DNA of 64,000 bases from Okamejei kenojei (taxonomy: Eukaryota): positions 19,530,001 to 19,594,000 of the forward strand of contig CM069159.1 of assembly GCA_035221665.1 (NCBI GenBank), given 5' to 3'. Both the position numbers and the translations under genes were made by a program. The notes below the pieces were generated by a model. It was not told the DNA's origin, did not search any database, and saw only the letters and a program-made list of their open reading frames with translations. This document shows, one piece after another, positions 11,786-25,637 of this stretch (the first letter of the stretch is position 1; every line of letters begins with the position of its first letter).

Positions 11786-12690
11786 TTTCTAAAGGAACAA
11801 CTGATTGCCAACACTTTTTATCACAAACTACCCTTTTATTGATCACTTTATTTCAATCTAGATTTTTTAATCTTCCCTCAATTTCCTAGGTTTTTAATAC
11901 TGCACCACAACTGGTGGCAAGCTATTTTCTCAGTCATTTGTGCCATCTATTTATACACTTGCCTTGCTTCAGTGCCTCTCCGAAACAGTTATCCTCATAA
12001 TTTGGTGACACACGGAACTACAGACGCAGGAATCCTCAGCAAAAAATAAAATGAGCAAGAGTCCCAACCCAACACATGATCTATCCATTCCCTCCACAGA
12101 TGCTGCCTGATCCACTAAGTTCCTCCAGCACTTTGTATATTGTCCCTTTACTTTTTGGGGCATCTTGTACAAATTGGGCCAAAGGGCCTGTATCTTTGCT
12201 GTGTGACTAAGTATTAACAGAAATGATTATCTTCTCCTTTCCCAAAGCATCTCACTTAAGCAACCTTCTGACTTGATCAGGTAGCCTGCGCTCTTTGCAG
12301 AAAAACTGTATCTTGTTTGTATTACTGGCTACTCCCTCCATAAATCCTGCTAAATTTGTCTCACTGTCTCTAATTGTGACCATCCAGTGGGGAAGCATGG
12401 TGACACAGTGGTAGAGTTGCTGCCATACACCGTCAGAGACCTGTGTTTGAACCTGACTGTGCTGTCTGTATGGAGTTTGTACATTTTCCCTGTAACTGCC
12501 TGAGTTTTCTCCAGGAGCTCCAGTTTCCCCACACACTCCAAAGACATTCAGGTTGACCGGTTAATTGGCTTAAGTAAAAAATGTTAAATTGACCACAATG
12601 CATAGGATTGTACTAGCGTATGGGAATCGCTGGATCTGGGAAGGCTAATCAGTTGTATTGCCCTCAGCTTAGTTTACAACTAATGGTTTA

Positions 12691-13241
12691 AGGGGCTGTC
12701 ACACTTGGGCGACCTAATTGGCGAGTTTAGAAGAGTTTGAAAAAATTACATGTAGAAGACCTCCTTCGACTATGTAGAAGACCTCCTTCGAACTCCTTCG
12801 ACTATGTTGAAGACCATCTTCGACTAGCTGCGACTAACTTTGGGAAAATTGGACACCGAATAGTGGAAAGTGAAGACGACCTCCTTCAATCTCCTTCGAC
12901 CTCCCTTCGATCTCCCTTCGACTATGATGAAGACTGTCTATGACTAGCTTCGACTTCCCTCAATTACCTATGACTAACATGCTGACCTACTACGACTAAA
13001 CCTACAAGTAAAAAAAGTATAGATTTTTTCCATGGCGACTTTTTTTATTCGCGGGCATTTTTAACATTTTTGAAAAAAACGCCGCGACCTAGCTGAGGCC
13101 TCGAGTACGCGGAGACCACTCTCGAGCATGAAGGAGAGTTACAAAGACCTCCTACGACCTCATGTCGACCATGCTGCGAGTATGAGTCGAGGGCAAACTC
13201 GCCAGAACTCGCGGATTAGGTTGCCCAAGTGGGATAGGCCC
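12691..13241. mobile_element. PIF/Harbinger-type MITE
   Basis: TIRs ggggctgtcacacttgggcgacctaa / ttaggttgcccaagtgggataggccct; TAA/TTA flanks. Confidence 0.7.
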
Positions 13242-14379
13242 TTTAGTTTATTTTAACTCAGCTAGCAATGCTGTGGAATCTAAATACCATTATAACTATA
13301 TTTATTGCCTCTCCTAACATCCTTGAGTTCCTTCCACTATGTTGGTCTCTCTTCCCATCATGCTTCAGTTTCAGTTTAGTCTACTGTCACGTGTATCAAG
13401 ATATAGTGAAAATCTTTTGTGTGCTCTCCATTCAGCGGAAAGACAACATGAATACATAGTGATGACACTCGAGCCATTTACAGTGTATAAATAGTGGATG
13501 TTCCCATTACATCAGGTCTTGGGGTAAACATATTACAAACTACTTGTCTTCCTTATAATTTTCAGAATTTCCTGCATCACTTCCTGACATGGCCCAATTT
13601 TAACCTGGTTGGCACCAACTGCGCCAACATTCAGTTCTTCCATCCAGTGACTCTGTGGTGTTAGATTGCTTGTCTGAGATGGATTGATTCTACCTTTCTC
13701 CAGTGGTGTGTAAACATGTGTAGTGGTGCCATGGATATGCAGTGATTGTATTACTGTGCCTGAAACTGGAGTTCTGCACTATTTGTAGTGGCAGATTTTT
13801 ATATCGTTCAAGAGATTATTCCCTCTAGCCGCTAAATGGACTACGTGGTTAAGGGGAAAGTCATTGTACGCATGCAAGCTCTCTGTTGGGGACCTTCAGA
13901 GCTTCTTCAAAGATAAATCTTCAAAACACAGTCTTTTGATTAATAAATTCTTTATTGTTGATGAAAATCAATAAGGTACATCAAAACGTCTTCCGACTCG
14001 TATACCATAATCTTCATCGAACTCCAGCTTATCGCATTAAACATTAGAAAACTCCTCATGTCTCCGTTACACTTCGCATGGTCAAAGGCTAAACTTTCCC
14101 CATGCTTGTCCAAAATTACACTAAAAACTAAGCTTCTGCACAAGAATCTTAGCTTCATTCACGCCCTAAAATGCGTCATAAATCCCACCCACAATATAAT
14201 AGGCAGTTATAGACACATGCCATCATTAATGACATACCAAACAAGCCAAATGGCCACTACATACCGGCCCCTAAATGTTCCAAGTATATAATGAGGCAAT
14301 TATTAATAAACATCAAAAAAGTAGCCATGAAGGCTTAACACATATCGAAAGTAAAAAGTCAGGGAATTGAACCCTGTGG

Positions 14380-14449
14380 CTCCCCGTCGGTCATTGAACC
14401 CGGGTCTCCCGCGTGACAGGTGGGGATACTAATCACTATACTAAAAGGA
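14380..14449 (-). pseudogene. tRNA-Asp(GTC) pseudogene
   Basis: Reverse complement tccttttagtatagtgattagtatccccacctgtcacgcgggagacccgggttcaatgaccgacggggag closely follows vertebrate tRNA-Asp-GTC, with acceptor-stem and T-arm lesions. Confidence 0.8.
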
Positions 14450-14644
14450 AAAAATAGCATGCACTGTGTATCTGCAATCAGAATTCTTCATCGACTCTTC
14501 CATCTTCACTTTCGCCTTCTAGAAGCAAGCAAAACTTGATTATTAATCTTATTAAAACACTGATTTTAGTTTAGTCATACCGCGTGCACCAAATCCTTAA
14601 AATCAGGCATGATACCCAGTATATAGTCCAAAAACAGAACAGGC

Positions 14645-14757
14645 CAAAGCTTTGATAGCATGAAAGGTCTTCCTCCACGTCCGATCAACTCATGAATGTG
14701 TTGTAACAACAATGTTGAAATGTAAATATCCTTTGAGAGAATAACAGGTTTTAGCAA
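14645..14757 (-). mobile_element. BEL/Pao LTR retrotransposon integrase Zn-binding fragment
   Basis: KPVILSKDIYISTLLLQHIHELIGRGGRPFMLSKLW resembles the BEL HPxILPKxHxxxxLIIxHxHxxxGHxGxxxxLSxL motif. Confidence 0.6.
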
Positions 14758-15539
14758 TATACTTCACCGTTACGTTTGATTTAATTTTCGGATCATTAAC
14801 AGAGATTTCAAATCCCAGCTCAAGCTATGTCCAGTCTAAAATTTAAAGACACATGCCATCATTAATGACACACAAAACAAGCCAAATGGCAACTACACTA
14901 TTGATTTAGAGGAGTGAGTTCATGTACAATAATGTCAGCTGAGGAATTTAATTTCAAGTAATTGAATGAATTGAATAATAAACAAAACTAACCATGTTAC
15001 TTAAGGGATCTATAGGAGGTGCTGTCTCAAAACGGCAACCAGCATCTTCAAATACCCACACCACCCTGGCCATGCTCTCATTTCATTCTTACCAGGTATA
15101 AGTCTCTGAAAACCATGACCACCAGGTTTAAGAATAGCTTCACCCAACAAACATCAGGCTGTTAAATATGACACAACACTAACTAAACTATAAACTATTA
15201 ATTGTCTTTGGTTGCACTAAGGACTTTGGTCTCTTTTGCACTAGTATTGTGGTTAATTTTTTTGATTTGATTTTATTCATTATATGTTATGAGTATTGGG
15301 TTTATAGCCCTGTAATGCTGTTGCAAATGAGAATAGTACATATGACAATTTAAAAACTCTTGACTCTCAACTACTGAAACTGTTGTGATTATTGCAATGA
15401 TCATCTGATGCTAATGTCCTTCAGAGAAGGAAGATTCCTCTCCATGCCTGATCTGGCCTTAATGTGACTGCAGACCCACAAATATGGTTGATGCTTACCT
15501 GCTTTCTCACCTTGGCTCAGGGCAATTAGGAATGGATAT

Positions 15540-15685
15540 TCCTATTTCCTTCCACTTCACAATTATGCGCCATTTTGCGTTGGTCTATCACGTAAAATCC
15601 CAATAAAATACATTTACGTTTGTGGTTGTAACGTGACAAAATGTGGAAAAGTTCAAGGGGTATGAATACTTTTGCAAGCCACTGT
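15540..15685 (-). mobile_element. Tc1/mariner terminal fragment
   Basis: Ends tgaatacttttgcaagccactg-TA, a Tc1-type TIR. Confidence 0.6.
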
Positions 15686-15825
15686 ATATGGGCATTGCCA
15701 ATGATATCCAGATCCTACAAGTGAAATAAGACTGAACCTCTTTCTATCAATCGGAGGGTATGGATGGCAAAAGGTTTCTGTTCAACGTGATATTAGAGCT
15801 CTATGGACAGCAAAGTTGTTTTGAG

Positions 15826-16023
15826 GATACACAGAAGGCTGGAGAAACTCAGCGGGTACAGCAGCATCTAAGGAGTGAAGGAGATAGGCGACGTTTCGGG
15901 TTGAGACGTCTCAAACCGAAACGTCGCCTATCTCCTTCGCTCCTTAGATGCTGCTGCACCCGCTGAGTTTCTCCAGCCTTCTGTGTACCCTTGATTCTCC
16001 AGCATCTGCAGTTCCTTCTTTAA
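15826..16023. repeat. Inverted pair of Penelope pLTR pieces (~80-bp-arm palindrome)
   Basis: 15828-15987 is self-complementary; 15-bp TSD caaagttgttttgag at 15811 and 16024. Confidence 0.8.
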
Positions 16024-16666
16024 CAAAGTTGTTTTGAGCATTATCACTGTTGAGACAACACAATCGCCAATTTGTGTTCACCAAGGTCCCAATAGGGCAG
16101 AAAGTTTGATTCTCTATTTTAGTATTTTTATAGCTTATTCCAATGAAGTAAATATTGGCAATTAGTATAGTCCTAATAAAAATAAGCTGGACGGAAGTAA
16201 GATCAACAATAAATATATTATTCATTTTAAATTGTCAATGCACTTGGAGGATGTACCAAATTAAGTTGACAGCTGTTCAGTCACTTAGCCGCCCTATCAT
16301 TCTGTAACAATAAGGAACTGCAGATACTGGTTTATACCAATGTTTAATCCTATTATTTTCATGCTTTCGGGCTTTTAACACATTTGCAATATTCTAGGAA
16401 TGTACTTTCAGTTTAATCTATTGTTGGAGAGGCTTGTACTGGAGAGATGTCTGTGGCTGCTGAAGGGTGTGAATGGAAGTAATGAGAAAGCTTTTTCCAA
16501 GCCCGCACCTATAAAGTAAACACAGCTGTGTAGCATGATTTTGTATAAACATTAACCGAAATGCAAGAAGCACCCGGCTCCATGGACAACGTCTGTGGAA
16601 AAAGCAACCAGTTGAAGTAAAACACCAAAAAAAAGACACAAAGTTCTTGAACATGGATAGGTGTTG

Positions 16667-16772
16667 ACAAAAGTGCTGGAGAAACTCAGCGGGTGCAGCA
16701 GCATCTATGGAGCGAAGGAAATAGGCAACGTTTCGGGCCGAAACCCTTTTTCAAACTGATGGAGGGTAAGGT

Positions 16773-16812
<40 letters not shown>

Positions 16813-19020
16813 GGAGAAGAAAGGAAACAGGAAGAGGAGGAGCCCAAGGGCTGAGGGAGAGCTGAGAAGGGGACGAAGCAGCAAGGGCTACCGGTAATTG
16901 GATAATTCAATGTTTATGACACTAGGGTGCAGACTGCCTAAGCGGAATGTGAGGTGCTGTTCCTCCAATTTCCGGTGGTGCTCACTCTGGCCATGGAGGA
17001 GGCCCAGAACAGAGAGGTCGGATTCGGAATGGCAGGGGGTGTTGAAGTGCTAAGCCACCGGGAGGTCAGGTTGGTTAATGCGGACCGAGCGGAGGTGTTC
17101 GGCGAAACAATCGGCAAGCCTACGCTTGGTCTCACCGATGTAGATCAGCTGACATCTAGAGCAGCGGATGCAATAGATGAGGTTGAAGGAGATGCAGGTG
17201 AACCCCCGTCGCACCTGGAATGACTGCTTTGGTCCTTGAATGGAGTGAAGGGGGGAGGTAAAGCGACAAGTGTAGCATCTCTTGTGGTTGCAAGGGAAAG
17301 TGCCTGGGGAGGGGGTGGTGCAGGAGGGAAGGGAAGAAACTGACAAGGGAGTTACGGAGGGAGTGGTCTTTGCGTAAATCAGACAGGGGGGAGATGGGAA
17401 GATGAGGCGAGTGGTGGGGTCACATTGGAGGTGGCGAAAATGATGGAGGAATATTTGTTGTATGTGGCGGCTAGTGGGGTGAAAGGTGAAGTCTAGGGTG
17501 ACTCTGCCCTTGTTACGAGTGGGGGGATGGGGAGAGAGAGCAGTGTTACGGGGTATGGAAGAGACCCTGGTGCGAGCCTCATCTATAGTATGGGAGGGGA
17601 ACCCCTGTTCCCTAAAGAATGAGGACATTTCCAATGCCCTGGTGCGGAACACCTCATCCTGGGAGCAGATGCTGCGTAGACGGAGGAATTGGGAGTAGGG
17701 GATGGTCCTTACAGGAAGCAGGGTGGGAAGAAGAGTAATCTAGATAGCCATGGGAGTCAGTGGGTTTATAGTGGATGTCGGTTAGAAGTCTATCACCTGT
17801 GATGGAGATAGTGAGGGCAGGAAATGGTCCAAGTGTATTTGAGTGCCGGATGGAAGTTGGTGGTGAAATGGATGAAGTCAGTCGGTTGTGTGTGGGTGCA
17901 GGAGGTGACACCAAAGCAGTCGTCGATGTAACGGAGGTAGAGGTCTGGGATGGGGCCCTAGTACGCCTCGAACAAGGATTGTTCGACATACCCGACAAAG
18001 AGGCAGGCATAGCTGGGGCCCATGCGCGTGCCCATAGCTACGCCTTGTATTTGGAGGAAATGGGAGGAGTCAAACGAGAAGTTATTGAGGGTAAGGACCA
18101 ACTCCGCTAAGCGGAGGAGAGTATCAGTGGATGGGTATAGGTTGATTCTCCGGTCGAGGAAGAACCGGAGGGGTTTGAGACCATCCTGGTGGGAGATGGA
18201 GGTGTAGAGTGACTGGACGTCCATGGTGAAGATGAGGGGATGGGGGCCTAGAGAATGAAATGCCCAGAGACGACAGAGAGTGTCTGAGTTGTCTTGAACA
18301 TAGGTAGGGAGGGATTTAACCAGGGGGGATAGGATGGAGTCAAGGTATGTGGAAATGTGTTTGGTAGGGCATGAACAGGCAGAGACAATGGGTCTACCAG
18401 GACAGTCAGGTTTGTCGATTTTGGGGAGAAGGTAAAATCGGGCCGTGCGGGGCTGGGGTACAATGAACTTGGAGGCTCGGGGGGGCAGGGAGCCGGAGTG
18501 GATGAAGTCGGACCTGGTGCTCGTCAGTGGGGTCATGGTCCAGGGGTAAGTAGGAGGAGGTGTCCGAGAGTTGGCGCATGGCCTCAGCTTTGTAGAGATC
18601 GACACGCCAGACTACCACAGCACCTCCCTTGTCGGCGGGTTAGGTAACCCTGTCTGGGTTGTTACAGAGTGAGTCGATGGCTGTACATTCAGGGGGGGGA
18701 GAGATTGGAGTGAGACAGGGGAGTGGAGAAGTTGAGGCATTTGATGTCCCGACGGCAGTTTTAAATAAAAAGTTTTAAAGCCAGAAGGCCATGAGAGGGG
18801 GGGGTTTGTTGGAGACGGGAAAAAGGATCATCAGTAGGGGGTGAGGACTCCTTCCCATGGAAGAACGCTGTGAGGCGGAGGTGACGGTAGAAGCACTCCA
18901 AGTCGTGGTGGGCGTGGAACTCATTGAGGTGGGAACGGAGGGGGACAAAGGTAAGACCTCTGCTGAGGACTGACCGTTCCGTATCGGAGAGGGGGAGGTC
19001 AAGGGGGATGGTGAACACAT
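16667..19020 (-). mobile_element. Penelope-like element (RT + GIY-YIG endonuclease), 5'-truncated, frameshifted
   Basis: FYLLPKIDKPDCPGRPIVS, QIQGVAMGTRMGPSYA, LIYCIRCSRCQLIYIGETKRRL; poly-G in 3' region; 13-bp TSD tggataggtgttg (16654, 19021); absent from duplication copy B. Confidence 0.92.
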
Positions 19021-19289
19021 TGGATAGGTGTTGTTTCAGGAAGAAGAGTCCAAACGCAAATAGTCACTTAACCATGTCCTCCAGTAATGCTGCCTGACCC
19101 AGTGAGTTGCTCCAGCACTTTTTGTCTTTCTTTTTGTATAAACCAGCATCTGCAGTTCCTCGTATCTCTACGCAAAACAAAATGTGCTAGAGAAACTCTA
19201 CGTCTCAGGGAGCACCTTGACAGGGAATGGACAGGCAACTTTTCAGGTCAGGAACGTGGTGGAATGGTCCTGAACTGAAAGTCACCAGT

Positions 19290-19795
19290 CCATTCCCATA
19301 CCAGACCTGCTAAGTTCCTCCAGTTCTTTGCTCAATATTTCTGTATCTACAGTCTCTTGTATATTCAGACAAGTTAGCGTTTCATGTTGCAGACTCTTCA
19401 TCAGGATTATCCCTATAAACATTAGCCTATTTCCATCAAAAGCAAAATAATTGGGTTCTGGAAATCAGAACTACAAGCAGAAATCTTTTGAAGAAGGGTT
19501 TCGGCCCGAAACATTGCCTATCGCCTTCACTCCATAGATGCTGCTGCACCCACTGAGTTTCTCCAGCATTTGTGTACCCCAGCAGAAATCAGACCTGTTA
19601 AGGTCCTCCTGTACTTTTTCAATATTTCTGTATCTACAGTCTCTTGTATATTCAGACAAGTTAGCGTTTCAGGTTGCAAACACTTCATCAGGACTATCCC
19701 TATAAACAGCCTATTTCTAGAAATACCGCATATTTTCCATCAAAAACAAAATAATTGGGTTCAGGAAGTCAGAAATACCAGCAGAAATCTTTTGC
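19290..19795 (+). repeat. Local ~190-bp tandem duplication
   Basis: 19300-19487 repeated at ~19590-19795; single in copy B (54560-54745). Confidence 0.7.
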
Positions 19796-20673
19796 TGTGT
19801 TTTCTACCTACTGCATATCCTTGCACACTTAGCAGACAACTTTTATCATCCAGAAATCACAATTCCATATCAGCAATTACCAAACCAATATTCTCTGTTA
19901 TCAGGTTTCTGTATCATCCAGGAATACTGCCCATTCCCCTCTACCCAATTTCAGGCACTGGACTTTGTCTCTAGAACTGATGCACTACAACGCTGGGAAC
20001 TATATTCACTCTCACTATCTTCCAATTTGCTCGACCTATTGCTTCTGAATTAGGCTTGATTGTATTTATGAATACTATTATCTGATCTGATGGGATAGCA
20101 TGCACAACAAATCTTTTCACTGTACCTCAGTTCACGTGACAATAATAAACCTAAATCTAAACCTAAATGCTGTGTGCATTGAGATATATCTTTAATTTTA
20201 TCTTTTGAATGTAGTATTGCTTTGAACCAATTTGCTGATTGTCTTTGCTTCAATACCTGTTTATTTCACTTACTATTTGTTTAACTTACAAATCCTGTTT
20301 TGTTTCTTTCCATTCAGAATTCTCTCCAAGGTTCCCAACCCCCTGCCAAGCACATTCAAATCCATCCCAACATAAATCTCCCCATCAAGGGTAATGATCG
20401 TTATTGTGATGCATTGCCACTTCAAGTCAAGAGAGTTTATTGTCATGTGTCCCAGATAGGACAATGATATTCATCCTCCTTGCTTCAGAAATGGTTCCCA
20501 ATTTATAAATGTAAAGCCCATCCTCCTGCACCATTACTCCATCCATATCGTCAGCTGCTTTGTCCCCTTATGTCTGAGCTCATCAGCACTTTACATAGTG
20601 AGCCATTCACAGATTACTGCCTTTGAGATTCTGCAATCAAACCTCGTTTCTGCCTTCAAAAATCTGCTTGCAG

Positions 20674-22795
20674 GATAGAAACATAGAAAATAGGTGCAGG
20701 AGGAGGCCATTTGGCCCTTTAAGCCAGCACTGCCATTCAATATGATCATGGCTGATCGTGTACTATCAATAACCCGTGCCTGCCTTCTCCCCATATCCCT
20801 TGACTACACTAGCCCCAAGAGCTCTATCCAACTCTAGTCTTTTCAATCTTTCCACATATGACAGTCCCGCCATCCAGGGATCAATATCGTGAACCTGCGC
20901 TGCACTGCCTCAATCACAAGGATGTCCTTCCTCATATTAGGAGACCAAAACTGTACACAATGCTCCAGATGTGGTCTCACCAGAGCCCTATACAACTGCA
21001 GAAGAACCTCTTTACTCCTGTACTGAAATAAACTTGTTATGAAGGCCAACATTCCATTACCTTTCTTCACTGCCTGCTGTACCTGCACACCAACTTTCAG
21101 TGACTGGTGTACAAGGACACCCAGGTCTCGCTGAACCCCCCCACTTACCTAACCTAACCCCATTGAGATAATAATCTGCCCCTTGATTTTGCCGCCAAAG
21201 TGGATAACCTCACATTTATCTATATTATACTGCATCTGCCACGCATCTGCCCACTCACTCAACCTGTCCAGGTGCCCCTGCAACCTCTTAACATCCTCAT
21301 CACAGTTCACACTGCCACCCAGCTTTGTGTCATCCGCAAACTTGCTAGCGTTGCTCCTAATTTCCCTCTTCCAAATCATTTATATATATGGTAAATAATT
21401 GCGGCCCCAACACTGAGCCTTGTGGCACTCCACTCGCCAATGCCTGCCATTCTGAAAAGGACCCATTCACTCCTACTCTTTGCTTCCGGTTTGCCAACCA
21501 ATTTTTCTATCCATGTCAACACCCTACCCCCAATACCATGTGCTCTAATTTTAGTCACCAGTCTCCCGTGCGGGGCCTTATCAAAGGCTTTCTGAAAGTC
21601 TAGATACACTACATCCACTGGCACCCCTTCATCCTTTTACTTGTCACATCCTCAAAAAATTCCAGAAGATTAGTCAAGCATGATTTCCCTTTCATAAATC
21701 CATGTTGACTTGGACTAATCCTTTTACTGCTATCCAAATGCTCCATTATTACCTCTTTAATAATTGACCCGCATCTTTCCCACCACCGAAGTCAGGCTAA
21801 CTGGTCTGTAATTCCCCGTTTTCTCTCTCACTCCTTTCTTGAAAAGTGGGATAACATTAGCTATCCTCTAATCCATAGGAACTGATCCTGAATCTATTGA
21901 ACATTGGAAAATGATCACCAATGCGTCCACTATTTCTAGAGCCACCTCCCTGTGGACCCTGGGATGCAGACCATCAGGCCCAGGGGATTTATAATCCTTC
22001 AGTCCCATTAGCCTACCCAATACTATTTCTCGCCTAATGAAAATTTATTTCAGTTCCTCTACCCCCTTAGATCCTCTGTCCTCCAGTACATCTGGGAGAT
22101 TGTGTTCTCCTTAGTGAAGACGGATCCAAAGTACCTATTCAACTCTTCTGCCATTTCCTTGTTGCCCATAATTATTTCACCCGTGTCTGCCTTCAAGGGA
22201 CCCACATTTGACTTTGCTACTCTTTTTCCCTTAACATATCTAAAGAAGCTTTTACTGTCCTTCTTTATATTTCTGGCCAGCTTCCCCTCGTACTTCATCT
22301 TTTCAGCCCGTATTGCCCGTTTTGTTTCCTTCTGTTGTCCTATGAAAGTTTCCCAATCCTCCAACTTCTGGCTACTCTTTGCTGTGTTATACATCTTTTC
22401 TTTTAGTTTTATTCTATCCCGAACTTCTCATCAGCCACGATTGCCTCATACTCCCCTTAGAATCTTTTTTTCCTTTTTTGAATGAAATGATCCTGCGTCC
22501 TCCAGATTATGCCCAGAAATTCCTGCCATTGCTGTTCCACCGTCATTCCTGATAGGAACCCTTTCCAGTCTACTTTGGTCAGCTCTCCTCTCATGCCTTC
22601 ATAGTCCCCTTTGTTCAACTGCATGACTGCCACTTCCGATTTAACCTTCTCCTTCTCAAATTGCAGATTAAAACTAATCATATTATGATCACTACCTCCA
22701 AGCGGTTCCTTTACCTCGAGTTCTATTATCATATCTGGTTCATTGGACAACACTAAATCCAGAATTGCCTTTTCTCTGGTCGGCTCCATTACAAA
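20674..22795 (-). mobile_element. CR1 LINE, truncated and decayed
   Basis: LGGSDHNMI, VYLDFQKAFDK, FADDTKLG, RPHLEHCVQFWSP; (ctatgttt) tail. Confidence 0.92.
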
Positions 22796-23104
22796 GATCT
22801 CATCTCTTTCGCTGCCATTTGTGAAGACCACACTTTTGATTGCTCAACCTCCTCCAAATGCCTGCCTCGGACAGTTGAATCCCTGATTACTATCAGTCCC
22901 TCACAGTGTCTGACTAAGAAGCTAAACCACATGGGATGGCATGATTCTGTTTCTGGCCACCCTTCTCTGCAGAACCATCATCTCACCAACATACAAAAGG
23001 GTAACATTTTTTTGGTGAGGACAAGGAGAACTCTGTCCATGTTTGAGGGAGGACACAGCATGGGAACAACAGTGTCGTAAATGTAGCCAGTGTGTATGAG
23101 AGCC

Positions 23105-23930
23105 TTCAAAGGTTCAAAGGTTCTTTATTAGTCACATACACCAATAGCTGTAGTGCCAATGCAGCACATAAAAAAGAATACAGACATAACAATAATAAAT
23201 AAATTTAAACATAAAAAATAAAAAAACATCCCCCCACAATGGTTCCCATTATGAGGGAAGGCACAAAGTCCAGTCCCCATCCCATGTCCACCCATAGTCG
23301 GCCTATTTTGGCCTCCGCCGTCGCCTTTACAGAGGCCCGATGATCCAGGCCGTTCTCGCCGGATGATGGTGCTCCAGCTTAGGGAGAATCCCGTCAGCGG
23401 CATGGGAAACCTGGAATGGCCGCCCCCTTACTGGAGACTGCGCTTCCGAAGCCGGCAGGCCGCGCGGGATGGAGCGCCACCACTGGTGATCTCGGCGAGA
23501 GATCCCGGGCTCCCGATGTAAAGTTCAGCGCCCGCCGCCCGCTGCTGGCCGCTCCACAGTCCCGCAGCTCCGCGATGTTTCATCGGCGGTCTCAGCTAAC
23601 CGGAGTTTCAGCGTGGCGACCCAGGCAAGGCATCGCCCGCTCCGCGATAGCGCTCCAGCGCTGTGACGCCGCCGAAGCCAAGGTTCCGGCCGGTCCCCTC
23701 TGAGAGACGCCGCTCCAGGCCCGCTGGTAGGCCGCGAGGATGGGTCGAAGGTGCTGCCCGGAGAAAAGCCGCCTCTCTGACCAGGTAGGGACCCTGAAAA
23801 TAAGTTTCTCCCCCCCCCCCCCCCCCCCCCACATAAAAAAGACCCGAGCTCCAGAAACAAAACACTATAACTCACTAAAAATAAAATGAAGGTGCAAAAA
23901 CAGACAGCTGCAGGCTGGGCAGCCATACCA
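23105..23930 (-). mobile_element. Non-autonomous Rex1/Babar-like retroelement (GC-rich body, tgaacctt tail)
   Basis: aataaagaacctttgaacctttga tail; GC-rich interior without a credible ORF. Confidence 0.45.
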
Positions 23931-25637
23931 TGCAAGACGTCATCTACAGTGAAGAAGCTAACACTGCTGATGATGATTGAAGACTCCACAAAAGCAATTT
24001 CTTGCTGATTTGTGAAGTGCTTTCAAATGGCTTTCTCAGAATGCAATTGGAGCGGAAGTTGCTTTGTTCCTACGATAGCATGTTAACAAAAGTATGAACT
24101 ATTTTAATTATTTTGTTTAATGAGGTGGAACAACTGGAGGAAGCCCTTGAAGCGCTAGATTGCAGTGTTGTCAAATTAATAATGACTTGAAACAAATTCA
24201 ACTCGAGATGTTTAGATATCAGCTCAAATCTGTGGCTTCCTGTCCACACCAACAACAACCATGCCAGCAGAACAGTAAGTCATGAAAAGTATTTCTCAAA
24301 ATTGGCAGGAAATTACTGAGGTCAGATTCTATTTGTTTTGTGGGTCCCTTACAGAACAGGGATGGAAAAACAAAGATTGCTCTGAGATTAATTGCGCTGG
24401 TTTGTTCAAAGCGCAATGTTTGCCCACTTCCTCATTGCAAGTTTCTGCATCGCATCCTTTGATGGTACTGCCGAACTTAATATGTTTTGCCTTTGATCCC
24501 GTTGTTGTGCTTACAAAAAGATTCTGGTACCCACCTGCCAATACAAAAGAAATTATGTTGGAAGGAGCTGCAGATGCTGGTTTAAACCGAAGATGGACAC
24601 AAAGTGCCGGAGTAACTCAGCGGGACAGGCAGCCTCCCTGGAAAGAAGGAATGGAAGAAACGTCACCCTTTCTTTCTCTCCAGAGATGCTGCCTGTCCCG
24701 CTGAGTTTATCTAGCGTTTTGTGTGTATCTTCTTAAAATAAATGATGTCAGTAGAGGACACAGTTTTCACAGTATTGTTATTTTGGGGTTTCTTGGTGTC
24801 ATTCCTATTGCTTTTGAAAGTCTTTCATTGTTAATTTAAGTCTTTAATTTAAGAAGGAGATTTGCAGAATCTCCTTAAGAAGAAGTCCAACAATATTGCC
24901 CTGGAGTCAACATACATTAAAAATTAACCGTACACATTGCTTTATTGGACGTTGAGGAAATATATATGACTGAAAAAAATTATTCTTTTAGCTTACCTCG
25001 CTGCTTATGAAAACAATTGGGAAGTGGGGAATTACTTGAAAAGACCTCTGAGGAAATGTCCTGCTAATATCAGCAACACTATAGTAGTGTCTCTCCTTCA
25101 CCCACAATAAACAGTACACTTGAAACAAACCTTAGTGTCAGAGTTTGAATCTGCAATGATGAGGAAAATGATTGGATTTCAGGGACTCCAACAATCCTTA
25201 TTCCAGGAGTTATACATGAACCCATGCATGTTTGCCTGAAATTGAGACGACTGCAGGTTACAAGCTTGAACTACAATGATGATGAACCCCATGCTATATC
25301 AGTTATGCACCCCTTTACAAATTGCATCATGTGACTAATGGCTGTCTTCACAAATGTTTCAGTGCTGGATGTAGAATGCACAAGAAGATTCCTGTCCATA
25401 CGTAAACTTTTCTTTTCTCTAATAAAGTAGCCTTGTTTACTTGAATCACTAGCCATTTTACAGTGTTTCAGAGCGGGTATCTGAGCTGCCAAGGCGCTTC
25501 TGTTGTGGGTTTTAGAAGTGATATTTGAAGTCAATAACCTGATAGTCTCCCAGTTTAGCGAGTTGAGACGATAGTTGGTTTCCAAACAAGCTTTATTGTT
25601 AAAGCGGTGGAAACAACGGAGATCATGCAACAGCTAA

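Noticed and set aside
12755-12990. Short iterated ccttcga motifs resembling a CRISPR-like array
   Set aside because: Irregular internal repeats of a Harbinger MITE in eukaryotic DNA; no spacers or cas genes
23416-23989. GC-rich overlapping ORFs or a CpG-island promoter
   Set aside because: Lies inside a non-autonomous retroelement absent from the paralogous copy
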